DNA of 33,743 bases from an uncultured Planctomycetia bacterium (GTDB taxonomy: Bacteria > Omnitrophota > Gorgyraeia > Taenaricolales > CAZCCH01): NCBI GenBank assembly GCA_964497315.1, contig CAZCCH010000015.1, positions 1-33,743 on the forward strand, in the 5' to 3' direction. The notes beneath the pieces were generated by a model. That model worked only from the letters and a program-made list of their open reading frames with translations, made no database searches and was not told the origin of the DNA. Positions 1 through 9,941 of the stretch are shown here, piece after piece (position 1 is the first letter of the stretch; every line of letters begins with the position of its first letter). The translations under genes and the position numbers were made by a program.

Positions 1-243
1 ACCCTTTTGCATTTTAGCTCAAGCTGAATTTACACACAATATGATACACTACCGCTTAGCTATTTTTTCTTGCTTAGCGGCTAATTATACTATATAATAT
101 ATGACTGTAATTCACATCATTTTTTGACCTACAAACTACCCGTCTAATAGCTAATTTACACTTAAAGAAAAAGTTTTCGTAGGAGGAGGAGATGTCGCAG
201 TTTATCAATATGGCACAGTTGTCAAAGCAGGTGGTTTTTTAAT

Positions 244-1137
244 ATGTGGTTTGCATTTGCGCTTTTGTGTGCATTTTGTATGGCGACAGCAAATGTGCTG
301 ACGAAAGCTATCTTAATAAAAGATGCAGATGAATATTTCGTAGGATGGCTTAAGCTCCTTTTTGCCTTACCTATATTGTTGGTATTTTTGTTTTTTAATC
401 CTTCCAGTGCAGATGCAACATTTTATAAAGTAATAGCGATTATTTTACCGCTCGAAGTATGTGCTTATGTCTTGTTTTTAAAGGCATTGAAGATTTCGCC
501 TATGTCGACTACCTTACCCTTTCTTGCCTTAACACCAGTGTTTTCTATATTTATAGGCTTTTTTCTTTTAGGGGAGACCCTTACAAGTATTGGCATAGTA
601 GGTATTTTATGTGTTGTCATAGGCGCATACGTATTAAATGCTGATGTTGTAAAATCAAGCGGCTTACTTGAACCCTTCAGGCAAGCCGTTAGAGAAAAAG
701 GCTCTAAATTTATAATCGTTGTTGCTTTTATTTATGCCTTTACCTCAGCCGCTGGCAAGGTGGCAATCTTGCATTCCAGTCCTTCCTATTTTGCAGCAGT
801 ATATTTTTTGATATTGACGTTAGCCTGGCTACCACTTTTAGCAGCGAGGACCTTTTATTTGGGTAAGAAAAAAAAGAGGGGTTTGTTTAAAAATATATCA
901 GGCAAGCGAAATTTAGTGATGTTTCTTTGTTTGGGATTGCTTTTTGGTATGGGCATTATCTTTCATTGCTTGGCTATTGCAAGAGCTAATGTGGCATATA
1001 TGATTGCAATAAAAAGGTCTGGAGTTGTTTTTTCTGTTATATACGGAGGCTTGTTTTTTAAAGAAAAGAATATTCATGTTAAACTTGCTGGTGTGTGCTT
1101 AATGTTTGTAGGTGTTTTCTTAATTGCCTTAGCGTAA
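244..1137 (+). CDS. EamA/DMT-family membrane transporter
   Basis: 297 aa, about 10 predicted hydrophobic helices in two halves, the usual EamA architecture. An uORF with a strong SD lies upstream. Confidence 0.55.
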   Translation: MWFAFALLCAFCMATANVLTKAILIKDADEYFVGWLKLLFALPILLVFLFFNPSSADATFYKVIAIILPLEVCAYVLFLKALKISPMSTTLPFLALTPVFSIFIGFFLLGETLTSIGIVGILCVVIGAYVLNADVVKSSGLLEPFRQAVREKGSKFIIVVAFIYAFTSAAGKVAILHSSPSYFAAVYFLILTLAWLPLLAARTFYLGKKKKRGLFKNISGKRNLVMFLCLGLLFGMGIIFHCLAIARANVAYMIAIKRSGVVFSVIYGGLFFKEKNIHVKLAGVCLMFVGVFLIALA

Positions 1138-1143
1138 AAAGTT

Positions 1144-1575
1144 ATGAATATAGTTATTCAAAGAGTAAAGAAAGCGAAAGTTTCAGTCAAAGGTAAAGAA
1201 GTTTCTAATATTACAAAAGGCTTGGTAATTCTTGTCGGAGTCAGAAAAGGAAACTCCTCGAGTGATGCTAAGGCCCTAGCTTTGAAAGTTTCTGACCTTA
1301 GGATATTCGATGATGAAAAAGGCAAGATGAATTTATCGATTAAAGACATAAAAGGAGAAATTCTTACGGTATCGCAATTTACATTGTGTGCTGCCCTAGA
1401 TAAGGGCAAGCGGCCTAGTTTTGACCCAGCTGCAGCTCCAGAAGATGCCAGGGGTATTTTTGCGGATTTTGTAAAAGCGTTGAAAAATGAAGGCATTACG
1501 GTTAAAGAAGGTACATTTGGTGCCTATATGCAAGTAGATATTCAAAATGATGGACCCGTGACTTTTGTTTTATAA
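1144..1575 (+). CDS. dtd: D-aminoacyl-tRNA deacylase
   Basis: 143 aa with Dtd hallmarks: N-terminal MNIVIQRV, SQFTL motif, GKRPSF, NDGPVT near the C-terminus. Confidence 0.85.
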   Translation: MNIVIQRVKKAKVSVKGKEVSNITKGLVILVGVRKGNSSSDAKALALKVSDLRIFDDEKGKMNLSIKDIKGEILTVSQFTLCAALDKGKRPSFDPAAAPEDARGIFADFVKALKNEGITVKEGTFGAYMQVDIQNDGPVTFVL

Positions 1576-1593
1576 AAGCTTAAGGACTAAAAA

Positions 1594-2409
1594 GTGACAA
1601 AAGAACCAACTCAACATAAAAAAGTTATGATAGAAGCTGCTTTGAGCGCAGGTAAGCTCATTGCCTCAAGAGTAGGGAAGATAAAAAGGGTTTCATATAA
1701 GGGCAAGATAAATCTCGTTACTGATGTGGATAGGTCTGCAGAAGAACTTATTAAACGCAAACTCAAGGCTAATTTTTCAGATTATCAGATACTTGCAGAG
1801 GAAACTCCTAGCAAGATTTCAGGGTGTGGCTATCGTTGGATTATTGATCCCTTAGATGGCACTACAAATTTTGCCCATAGTTTTCCATTTTTTTGCGTAT
1901 CTATAGCGCTAGAACATAACCGTAGACCCATTATGGGTGTTGTGTATGATCCAATGAGAGGCGAGCTATTTTGGGCTCAAGAAAAAAAAGGTGCGCATTT
2001 AAATGGGAAAAGGATTAAAGTTTCTGATACATCAAGGCTTTCCAGTAGTTTACTTGCTACAGGGTTTGCGTATGAATTTGAAAAATCAAGTAGTACCAAC
2101 ATAGGTAATTTCGTGAAGTTTTTGATGGTTTCGCAAGCCATTAGAAGGGCAGGTTCTGCTGCACTGGATTTATGTTATGTTGCCTGTGGTCGTTTTGATG
2201 GTTTTTGGGAATTGGATTTACACCCTTGGGATACAGCAGCGGGCAGCCTTATTGCGCAAGAGGCCGGTGGAAAACTAACTGCGCTCTCAGGAAGCAAATA
2301 CAGCCATTATAATAAAGAGATTTGTGCCTCAAATGGAAAAATTCACAAACAAATGCTTAAGGTGTTTGATAAAAGAATAGACTCAGTTTTAAGGAAAGTA
2401 GCCCTTTAG
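1594..2409 (+). CDS. Inositol monophosphatase family protein (SuhB-like)
   Basis: IMPase signature WIIDPLDGTTNF and WDTAAG motif; GTG start. Confidence 0.85.
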   Translation: MTKEPTQHKKVMIEAALSAGKLIASRVGKIKRVSYKGKINLVTDVDRSAEELIKRKLKANFSDYQILAEETPSKISGCGYRWIIDPLDGTTNFAHSFPFFCVSIALEHNRRPIMGVVYDPMRGELFWAQEKKGAHLNGKRIKVSDTSRLSSSLLATGFAYEFEKSSSTNIGNFVKFLMVSQAIRRAGSAALDLCYVACGRFDGFWELDLHPWDTAAGSLIAQEAGGKLTALSGSKYSHYNKEICASNGKIHKQMLKVFDKRIDSVLRKVAL

Positions 2410-2422
2410 AAGAGGAGGCAGC

Positions 2423-3454
2423 ATGAGAAAAGCCACATTAATTTTTATAACATTGAACTTAATGCTTTTTTTAACTATTTCTTTATATGCAGCAGAGCCA
2501 AAAGAATATCAGCCCTATGGTCCGTTACCTGTGAAAAATCAGATGCCGCTCTATATCTTCTTTTTATCTTTTTCCCCAGATAAAGCAGAAGTTGTTAATG
2601 AAGGAAAATTTACCTATGATTTTGGCTATCAGGTATCAAATGGGGTATTAGACAAAGTCACAACCGGTACAGAAGACTATATAATTCAGATAGATACAGA
2701 AGTAAATAGATTCCATGTGGATTTAAGGTATGGCGTCCATGAAAATGCCGAAGTGGCGTTGGAGGTTCCATATATAAGATTTTCCAGAGGGTACTTGGAT
2801 GGGTTTATTGAAGGCTTTGAAGAGACGTTTAATTTCACAACCCCGGGTGCAAGAGAAAACTCCGACAGGAATAGCTATAAATATGAAGTACGAAAAGGGG
2901 GTGTCTACGCCATACGTTCGAATACACCCCATGGTACACTTGGGGATTCACTGCTGAGCTTTAAATACAAGTTGCTTGATGAATGCGATAATTATCCTTG
3001 GCCAACGTTTTCTGTTAAAGGAACACTAAAAATCCCCACTGGATCAAAAAGCAAATTGACAGGGAATGAGGAATGGGAAGGGGGTATTTCTTTATTGGCT
3101 GATAATTCTTTTTCAGATAGATGGTTTGGATATTTAAATTTCAACACAGCGTTTATACAAGAACCATCATTTTTTGAAGGTTGGGACATAGATAGCTATA
3201 TCATATCAGGGACCGTTGCCACTGAGTACTTTTTTACAAAAGGTTTGTCTACTATTTTGCAGCTATCTATAAACACAACCCCATATCCCTCAAGTGGAAC
3301 CGATCCCCTTGATAACGATGCATACGATGTGGCATGGGGATTTAACTATAAGTATACTGATTCAATAGAAGGACGTATATACGCAACTGAGAATCTAGAG
3401 ACAGATTCTTCTCCGGACTTTGGTCTTGGTGGTGGGTTTAAATTGAAGTGGTAA
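2423..3454 (+). CDS. Putative outer-membrane beta-barrel protein (secreted, unknown function)
   Basis: Sec signal peptide (MRKATLIFITLNLMLFLTISLYA-AEP), alternating amphipathic pattern, aromatic C-terminus (GGGFKLKW). Confidence 0.45.
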   Translation: MRKATLIFITLNLMLFLTISLYAAEPKEYQPYGPLPVKNQMPLYIFFLSFSPDKAEVVNEGKFTYDFGYQVSNGVLDKVTTGTEDYIIQIDTEVNRFHVDLRYGVHENAEVALEVPYIRFSRGYLDGFIEGFEETFNFTTPGARENSDRNSYKYEVRKGGVYAIRSNTPHGTLGDSLLSFKYKLLDECDNYPWPTFSVKGTLKIPTGSKSKLTGNEEWEGGISLLADNSFSDRWFGYLNFNTAFIQEPSFFEGWDIDSYIISGTVATEYFFTKGLSTILQLSINTTPYPSSGTDPLDNDAYDVAWGFNYKYTDSIEGRIYATENLETDSSPDFGLGGGFKLKW

Positions 3455-3455
3455 A

Positions 3456-4091
3456 ATGGATAGAAAAGAGCGTGCAGGAAAAATAATACCCATTCTAAAA
3501 AGAGAATACCCTAAACCTAAAATTGCCCTTGAATTTAATAATTCCCTGCAAATCCTAGTAGCCACAATTTTATCAGCACAATGCACTGATAAAAGGGTAA
3601 ATATCATAACCCCTGTTTTGTTTAAAAGATATAAAACAGCAAAAGATTATGCAAGCGCCAACCGAAAAGAACTTGAAGGTCAAATCAGATCAACAGGTTT
3701 TTATAAAAACAAAGCTAAAAATATAATAAACTGTTGCAAAAGAATAATCAAAGATTTTAAAGGTAGCGTTCCAGGCTCAATGGAGGAACTAACTTCTTTG
3801 CCTGGGGTAGCTAGAAAAACAGCCAATATAGTACTATATAGCGGTTTTGGTAAAACCGAAGGCATTGCAGTAGATACCCATGTAAAAAGATTGTCGCAAA
3901 GAATAGGGTTTTCAAAATACTCTGATCCCGTAAAGATAGAGCAAGACCTAATGAAATTAATTTCTAAAAAAGACTGGGGTGTATTTAGTCATCTTTTGAT
4001 AAATCACGGAAGAAAAATCTGTGATGCCAAAAAACCTTTATGTAAATCTTGCGTTATATCTAGTTATTGTGCTTCTAAATTTAAGTTTTAA
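3456..4091 (+). CDS. nth: Endonuclease III (DNA glycosylase/AP lyase, HhH-GPD with 4Fe-4S)
   Basis: LVATILSAQCTD, HhH GVARKTANIVL, C-terminal C-x6-C-x2-C-x5-C cluster (CDAKKPLCKSCVISSYC). Confidence 0.85.
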   Translation: MDRKERAGKIIPILKREYPKPKIALEFNNSLQILVATILSAQCTDKRVNIITPVLFKRYKTAKDYASANRKELEGQIRSTGFYKNKAKNIINCCKRIIKDFKGSVPGSMEELTSLPGVARKTANIVLYSGFGKTEGIAVDTHVKRLSQRIGFSKYSDPVKIEQDLMKLISKKDWGVFSHLLINHGRKICDAKKPLCKSCVISSYCASKFKF

Positions 4092-4501
4092 TGGTAAAGA
4101 AAAAGAATTATATATATGTTATCCAAAAGCACGCTGCTTCGCATCTTCATTATGACCTTAGGTTAGAAATAAAGGGTGTGTTGAAAAGCTGGGCTATCCC
4201 AAAAGAACCCAGCAATGACTCCAAAATCAAGCGTCTTGCTGTAGAGGTTGAGGACCACGAAATAGGCTATGAAGATTTTCAAGGAATTATCCCAGAAGGC
4301 TCATACGGTGCAGGAAAAGTGGAAATTTGGGATAAGGGAACCTTTCAGCCCTTAGAGGTAGATAGCAATAAAATGATAATAGAGATAAATGGCAATAAAC
4401 TAAAGGGTAGGTATTGTTTGTTAAGATTTAAATCAAACAATCCAAAAGGCAAAAACTGGTTGTTTTTTAAGGTTAAAGATGAAAAGAGCAGCAAACTATA
4501 A
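4091..4501 (+). CDS. Stand-alone LigD 3'-phosphoesterase (PE) domain protein
   Basis: VIQKHAASHLHYDLRLE...VLKSWAIPKEPS matches the LigD N-terminal phosphoesterase signature. ATG overlaps the nth stop (TAATG). Confidence 0.7.
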   Translation: MVKKKNYIYVIQKHAASHLHYDLRLEIKGVLKSWAIPKEPSNDSKIKRLAVEVEDHEIGYEDFQGIIPEGSYGAGKVEIWDKGTFQPLEVDSNKMIIEINGNKLKGRYCLLRFKSNNPKGKNWLFFKVKDEKSSKL

Positions 4502-5084
4502 ATTAAGCAAGATTTTATTAGTTGTGATTTTAGGATTTTCCCTAATAGGAGGTGAGGCAATGGCACAATTAGACTCTAAAAGGGTAGTTATGGTGATAGC
4601 TGAAACCAATTTTAGGGATGAAGAGCTTTTTGAGCCAAAGTCAGTACTAGAAAAAGAAGGAGTTAGGGTAGATATCGCATCTACCTCAATAAGCCCTGCC
4701 AAGGGTAAATTAGGGGCTATAGTTAACCCAGACTTGCTTCTTAGTGATATAAATATAGACAACTATGATGCTATAGTATTCATAGGGGGGTCTGGTTCTA
4801 TGCAATACTTTAATGATCAAAGGGCTCATTCATTAGCAAGGGAGGCTGTTACATCAGGGAAGATGGCAGCAGCTATTTGCATTGCACCTGCAATACTTGC
4901 AAATGCAGGCTTACTAAATGGCAAAAACGCCACTGTATTTAGCTCTGAGGCCGATACATTGCGTAAGAACGGTGCTTTTTATACCAAGGCGGGGGTGGAG
5001 ATAGATGGTAATATAATTACTGCTAATGGTCCGCAGAGCGCGACAAAGTTTGGTGAGGCAATATTGGAGGCACTTTCAAAATGA
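4479..5084 (+). CDS. DJ-1/PfpI family protein (class I glutamine amidotransferase-like)
   Basis: AICIAPAILANAGLL nucleophile-elbow region. Two candidate starts: 4479 gives a signal peptide ending AMA-Q; the internal ATG at 4560 has a strong SD (AGGAGGTGA) and would give a cytoplasmic form. Confidence 0.7.
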   Translation: MKRAANYKLSKILLVVILGFSLIGGEAMAQLDSKRVVMVIAETNFRDEELFEPKSVLEKEGVRVDIASTSISPAKGKLGAIVNPDLLLSDINIDNYDAIVFIGGSGSMQYFNDQRAHSLAREAVTSGKMAAAICIAPAILANAGLLNGKNATVFSSEADTLRKNGAFYTKAGVEIDGNIITANGPQSATKFGEAILEALSK

Positions 5085-5398
5085 GCAATGAGGCATATGT
5101 TAGGATTTGGCATTTAGTTAATCCTGATGAAGTAAAAAAACACTTATTGATAGTTGGGCATTTAAAGGGTGATTGTGCAAATTGTAAACATGTAGGAATA
5201 GATTACAAGATAACCAAATCTTGTCCTTCCTGTAAGACAGAATTTAGATATATAGCAACAAGAACAACCGAAGGCGTAAGGTACCAAGCTGGAACAGTTA
5301 AAAAGATACGCGATGTAAGAAGCGATTTAGTATTTATTGACCTGGAAGACTTTAAATATGCAAGCGAAAAAGACAAGGCAAAAAGATTTTTTGTATGA
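5081..5398 (+). CDS. Hypothetical zinc-ribbon protein
   Basis: CANCK...CPSCK pairs of CxxC; ATGA overlap with upstream gene. Confidence 0.4.
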   Translation: MSNEAYVRIWHLVNPDEVKKHLLIVGHLKGDCANCKHVGIDYKITKSCPSCKTEFRYIATRTTEGVRYQAGTVKKIRDVRSDLVFIDLEDFKYASEKDKAKRFFV

Positions 5399-5405
5399 TG
5401 CATTT

Positions 5406-5993
5406 ATGTTTGATCTAGGCAGGGTCATTGTAGATTTTGACCACTGGATTTCTGCTAGGAAAATTGCGCCTCTGTGCAATAAAGATCCAGAAGAAATCTA
5501 TAATATGTTTTTTGATTCAGAATTGACAGTTAAGTTTGATAGTGGAGCTATAACGCCACAGGAATTCTTCGTTGAGGTAGAAAAGATTTTAGGCCTAGAT
5601 ATAACATATGATGAGTTTATTGCAATTTGGACTAATATATTCTTTGAGAAAAAAGATATGTCTGAGTTTATAAGAGAGCTAAAGGAAGATTATTACATTG
5701 GGTTAATCTCAAATGTGAATATACTCCAATTTAGCCATATAAGAAATAAATTTCCTATAGTGAGTGAATTTGAAAAACCGATACTTTCATATGAGGTTGG
5801 GGCTATGAAACCAGACCCTAAAATCTATGAAGCTGCTATTAAGCTTTGCAATACTAGACCAGAGAAGATTATATATATAGATGACCGCCCGGAACTAGTA
5901 GAAGGGGGTAAAAGGATGGGACTGGAATCAATTGTGTTTAGGGATTTAACCCATCTCAAAACTCACCTTAAGGAATTAGGAGTAAAACTGTGA
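5406..5993 (+). CDS. HAD-superfamily hydrolase (subfamily IA-like)
   Basis: Motif I region FDLGRVIVDFD, motif II LISNVN, motif III K (KPDPKIY), motif IV YIDDRPE. Start chosen at ATG 5406 rather than the overlapping upstream ATG 5337. Confidence 0.6.
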   Translation: MFDLGRVIVDFDHWISARKIAPLCNKDPEEIYNMFFDSELTVKFDSGAITPQEFFVEVEKILGLDITYDEFIAIWTNIFFEKKDMSEFIRELKEDYYIGLISNVNILQFSHIRNKFPIVSEFEKPILSYEVGAMKPDPKIYEAAIKLCNTRPEKIIYIDDRPELVEGGKRMGLESIVFRDLTHLKTHLKELGVKL

Positions 5994-6520
5994 ACATTGA
6001 AAAGCAATGGCAGAAAGCACTAAAAAAGACTGAAATTTTAAGGGGAAGGTTAAGAAGCCTTCTCACATTTGAACATACAGAACTGCCTTATATTTTTCTA
6101 GCAGAATCTGTGGTAAATATTGGAGATGTAGTTGTCAGAAAAGGCAAGGTCTTAGTTGAAAAACCTTTAATAATTTTACCCGGTGATTTCCCTCAATTTG
6201 AAGGATTTGAGTTTAAAAAAGACTTTCACGTTGATAGTGAGTCTGTCACAACATTTTTATTAATGCGCGGTGTGTCATTCCCATCTTTAAAATACAGTAA
6301 TGAAGTCTCAACGATAGATGTTCAACCGGGACCTTTAACCAAGGTTATTAAGCGATTTTCAAGGGAATTAGAAAGAAGAGAAGACACGCATTCAGGTTTA
6401 ATTATATCTCCGGAAGATTGTTGGCAGTTGGCAATTCTCATTTATGTAGCCTCTCTTGCAGCAAAATCTATTCCCGATGATATAAAAAATATCCTTAAAC
6501 ACAAAAGAAGGGGGCGATGA
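5990..6520 (+). CDS. Hypothetical protein
   Basis: 176-aa ORF with GTG start overlapping the upstream stop (GTGA); no recognisable motif. Confidence 0.4.
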   Translation: MNIEKQWQKALKKTEILRGRLRSLLTFEHTELPYIFLAESVVNIGDVVVRKGKVLVEKPLIILPGDFPQFEGFEFKKDFHVDSESVTTFLLMRGVSFPSLKYSNEVSTIDVQPGPLTKVIKRFSRELERREDTHSGLIISPEDCWQLAILIYVASLAAKSIPDDIKNILKHKRRGR

Positions 6521-7086
6521 AAAAGATTAATTTACCAGAAGGAAAATATGGTAGGGTTTTAACTTCAGACCCAGTAATTATAATAACCACAGTTGATAAA
6601 GATGGTAACGTAAATGGAGCTGCCTTTGGTTCTTATGTTAGAATTTCACCTTATATCTTGGTAGCGATTTATCCAGGACACCATACTTATGAGAACATAA
6701 AGAAGACAAAAGAATTTGTGGTAAACCTACCAGGAAAGGATCAGCTTGAGTCTATAATGGTATTTGGTAGGTATTATCCAGAAGGTACCAATGAGGTAAA
6801 AGAGGCAGGATTGAAGTGCGTTCCATCTGTTAAAGTAGCTCCACCCAGGATTGCAGAATATAAGGCACACATAGAATGTGTGTTTAAATGGAAAAAGCAA
6901 GTAAGTTCACACATGCTTGTAGCAGGGGAAATGGTTGCTGCTTCTTGTGATGAAGGCTTGCTTGATAAAGATAATTATTTTGATGTGGTAAAAGCCGGGG
7001 TGTTACACATAGTCCGATATCCTAAGCCTATATATATATCTGCAGAAGGCTATATAGAAGGAAAGAATACCAAAGAGTTGCCATAA
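6517..7086 (+). CDS. Flavin reductase-like (FMN-binding split-barrel) protein
   Basis: VIIITTVDKDGNVNGAAFGSY...LVAIYP pattern typical of the flavin reductase-like domain; ATGA overlap. Confidence 0.6.
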   Translation: MKKINLPEGKYGRVLTSDPVIIITTVDKDGNVNGAAFGSYVRISPYILVAIYPGHHTYENIKKTKEFVVNLPGKDQLESIMVFGRYYPEGTNEVKEAGLKCVPSVKVAPPRIAEYKAHIECVFKWKKQVSSHMLVAGEMVAASCDEGLLDKDNYFDVVKAGVLHIVRYPKPIYISAEGYIEGKNTKELP

Positions 7087-7089
7087 CCA

Positions 7090-7929
7090 ATGAAAAGAAT
7101 TGCAGGGTTTGTTTTTTTAGCTATGTTTTTGATATTAGCACTAGGAGAGGCTACCTATTCAAATTATTCTTTCGGTCTATCTGATAAAAAAGAAGTTGAA
7201 ATAGGCCAAAGGGCAGATAAACAAGTAAGGCGTAAGTTTGGTGGGACATACAAAGATAAAGAACTACAAAAATACGTAGAGACAGTAGGGCTTAAACTGG
7301 TTTCTGTTTGCGAAAGACCAAATCTTTATTATCACTTTGTAATATTGAATAATAAAGAGCTTAATGCCATGGCGGTTCCAGGTGGATATGTCTATGTTAC
7401 TAAGGGTATGCTTAGAGTATTGCAGAACGAAGCCCAGCTTGCAGCAGTCTTAGGCCATGAAATCGCTCATATTGCACGAAGGCACGGTGCAGAAAAAATA
7501 GATCAGGATATGACAATGAATCTTTTATTTATGATAGCCGGTATCGTTGCCTCAAGGAGTTCCGAAAAGACTGCCAAGACTGCTACAAGGATTATGCGGG
7601 GGGTGAGGACAGCCTATAATTTTGCTGCCTTAGGTTATGGGCGGCAGCATGAGTTTGAGGCGGATTGGAAAGGCACCGAATATGCCTATAGGGTTGGTTA
7701 TGACCCACAAGGAGCTGTACAGGTACTAAATATCTTACAAGAGGAAGAGAAGAAAAACCCTACTTTGATGTTGGATTTCTTGCGCTCTCATCCAAAGACT
7801 ACTGAACGAATAGATAAAGTAAGACAGCTTATGTTTAACTTACAACTTGATCCAAGATATAGCAGGGTAAAGGGTAAATTTTATCCTGAGAGATACTTAA
7901 AAAAAATAGCCCCTCTTTATAGGGAATAA
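7090..7929 (+). CDS. M48-family zinc metallopeptidase (secreted or lipoprotein)
   Basis: Signal peptide; [12 protein letters not shown]xxH; downstream HEFEAD third ligand typical of M48. Confidence 0.8.
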   Translation: MKRIAGFVFLAMFLILALGEATYSNYSFGLSDKKEVEIGQRADKQVRRKFGGTYKDKELQKYVETVGLKLVSVCERPNLYYHFVILNNKELNAMAVPGGYVYVTKGMLRVLQNEAQLAAVLGHEIAHIARRHGAEKIDQDMTMNLLFMIAGIVASRSSEKTAKTATRIMRGVRTAYNFAALGYGRQHEFEADWKGTEYAYRVGYDPQGAVQVLNILQEEEKKNPTLMLDFLRSHPKTTERIDKVRQLMFNLQLDPRYSRVKGKFYPERYLKKIAPLYRE

Positions 7930-7958
7930 AAATATTTAACCAAACAAGGAGGTATGAA

Positions 7959-8705
7959 ATGTCTTTATTTCATATGGTAATTGTTGTTATAGTTTTTTAT
8001 GTTGTCTCATGTATTAAAATCTTGAATGAATATGAGAGGGCAGTTATATTTCGTTTAGGAAGAGTGCTTAAAAGACCAAAGGGTCCAGGCCTTGTAATTA
8101 TATTCAGGCCAATTGACACTGCTGTTAAAGTAAGCCTAAGGACTGTTACCTTAGATGTTCCTCCGCAGGATATTATAACCAAAGATAATGTTTCTGTAAA
8201 AGTAAACGCGGTAGTGTATTTTAAGGTTATGGAACCAATAAAGGCCATAATAGAAGTTGAAGACTATAAGTTTGCTACTTCTCAAATGGCACAGACTACC
8301 TTACGAAGCATAATAGGCCAACTTGAGCTTGATGAACTTTTATCTGGAAGAGAGAAGATTAATAGCCAGCTTCAGTCGATATTAGACAAGCAGACAGACC
8401 CCTGGGGCATAAAGGTTTCAAATGTTGAAGTAAAACACGTTGATATAACAGAAGAGCTAAAAAGGGCCATGGCAAGACAGGCAGAAGCAGAAAGAGAAAG
8501 GCGTGCTAAGGTCATAGCAGCAGAGGGAGAGTATCAGGCAGCAGAAAAACTTGTTGCAGCCGCAGAAAAGATGAAAGATCACCCAATGGCGTTACAAATG
8601 CGCTATCTGCAGACCTTGGTAGAAGTTGGAACAGAAAACAACACGACTACGATATTTCCCGTGCCAGTGGACTTTTTAAAAACTTTTATGAAAAAAGATA
8701 AATAG
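7959..8705 (+). CDS. SPFH/band-7 (stomatin-like) membrane protein
   Basis: N-terminal TM, SPFH core, C-terminal coiled-coil [31 protein letters not shown] 5 nt upstream. Confidence 0.8.
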   Translation: MSLFHMVIVVIVFYVVSCIKILNEYERAVIFRLGRVLKRPKGPGLVIIFRPIDTAVKVSLRTVTLDVPPQDIITKDNVSVKVNAVVYFKVMEPIKAIIEVEDYKFATSQMAQTTLRSIIGQLELDELLSGREKINSQLQSILDKQTDPWGIKVSNVEVKHVDITEELKRAMARQAEAERERRAKVIAAEGEYQAAEKLVAAAEKMKDHPMALQMRYLQTLVEVGTENNTTTIFPVPVDFLKTFMKKDK

Positions 8706-8716
8706 GTAGGTAAAAA

Positions 8717-9433
8717 ATGGTAAAATATAGACTATCTCCTACAGCACTAAACCTTTTTCTTGACTGCCCGCGTTGCTTTTGGCTTGATAAGAACAAACGC
8801 ATAAGAAGGCCAAGAGGAATTTTTCCTTCATTACCTGGAGGAATGGATGCTGTTATAAAGACCTATTTTGATAAATACCGCCTAAAAGGTGAAATGCCCC
8901 CAGAGATTGAAGGTAAATTGCCTGGGAAGCTTTTTGGCAATTTTCCGCTTTTGGAAAAATGGAGGGATTGGAGAAAGACTGATTTGCGCTGTGAAGACAA
9001 AGCATTGAATGCTTCCTTATCGGGTGCTTTAGATGATTGCCTCATAGAGGAAGATCGTTATATACCTCTGGATTATAAAACAAGAGGATATAAACTTATT
9101 GAAGACCCAAGACGATATTATCAAACTCAGCTTGATTGCTATTGTTTAATTTTAGAATCAGCAGGGTATAAAACTAAGGGATTGGCCTACCTGGCTGTTT
9201 ATTGGCCGCTTGAGGTTAGTGAAGGGGCAATGGTAAAATTTCATGTTGAGCCTTTAAAGATAGAAACAAATATAGATTCTGCCAAGACTATATTTAAAAA
9301 TGCTGTTACCGCATTAGGTAAGGACATACCCCCGGCTGCTGCTAAATGTGAATATTGTAATTTAGTTACAATCAGAGAAGATGAATCACAGCGAGGTTCT
9401 GAAGGCACAATAAAAGATGATTTGTTTTCATAG
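8717..9433 (+). CDS. PD-(D/E)XK nuclease, Cas4/RecB-like with Fe-S cysteines (DUF83-like)
   Basis: N-terminal LSPTALNLFLDCPRCFWL (Cas4/AddB-type CPR motif), IPLDYKTRGYK, C-terminal CEYC; four Cys in total. Confidence 0.5.
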   Translation: MVKYRLSPTALNLFLDCPRCFWLDKNKRIRRPRGIFPSLPGGMDAVIKTYFDKYRLKGEMPPEIEGKLPGKLFGNFPLLEKWRDWRKTDLRCEDKALNASLSGALDDCLIEEDRYIPLDYKTRGYKLIEDPRRYYQTQLDCYCLILESAGYKTKGLAYLAVYWPLEVSEGAMVKFHVEPLKIETNIDSAKTIFKNAVTALGKDIPPAAAKCEYCNLVTIREDESQRGSEGTIKDDLFS

Positions 9434-9448
9434 GGAGGCTGGTATAAA

Positions 9449-9928
9449 ATGAAATCTATTGTCATTTATTATTCTTATAGTGGAAACACGAAAAGAATAG
9501 CTGATATATTAGCGGAAGCACTAAAAGATAAAGGTGAGGTAGAGCAGTTAGAGCTAGCTCCTCTTGATGAAGTAGATTCTTTTCTAGGGCAGGCCAAGAG
9601 GGCATTTTTTAAAAAAAGGGCTAAGATACAGGAGGTAAAATTAGATTTATCAGAGTATGATTTGATTTGCTTTGGAACCCCTGTTTGGGCGTTTGGTCCA
9701 GCACCTGCAATAAATACATACCTTGATAAATGCTTTGGCGTAGAGGAAAAAAGAGGTGTTTTATTTACTACATACGGAAGTGGAGCTGGTAAGGAGCGCT
9801 GTATTGATTATATGCAAACTACATTGGCCAAAAAAGGGATAAAGGATTTTAAGAGGTTTTCTATACAGCAAGGTAAGGTTAAAGATAATGAATTCGTATT
9901 GCGTGAAATACAAAACATCTCAATATAA
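9449..9928 (+). CDS. Flavodoxin-like protein
   Basis: MKSIVIYYSYSGNTKRIA flavodoxin FMN-phosphate loop. Confidence 0.6.
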   Translation: MKSIVIYYSYSGNTKRIADILAEALKDKGEVEQLELAPLDEVDSFLGQAKRAFFKKRAKIQEVKLDLSEYDLICFGTPVWAFGPAPAINTYLDKCFGVEEKRGVLFTTYGSGAGKERCIDYMQTTLAKKGIKDFKRFSIQQGKVKDNEFVLREIQNISI

Positions 9929-9941
9929 CTAGAAGGCTGCT

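Noticed and set aside
54-83. Imperfect inverted repeat CCGCTTAGC...GCTTAGCGG near the window start
   Set aside because: It has a central mismatch, the T-run is in the loop rather than after the stem, and upstream gene context is missing. Not called as a terminator.
459-644. Short nested or overlapping ORFs throughout, e.g. 459..644 (+), 1158..1496 (-), 10937..11233 (-), 15382..15654 (-)
   Set aside because: They are embedded in, or antisense to, well-supported genes (EamA, dtd, cobB, Fic promoter/start). The translations are low-complexity or Cys/Phe-rich without motifs.
8717-9433. Possible CRISPR-Cas locus suggested by the Cas4-like nuclease
   Set aside because: No direct-repeat/spacer array and no other cas genes anywhere in the window; treated as an orphan nuclease.
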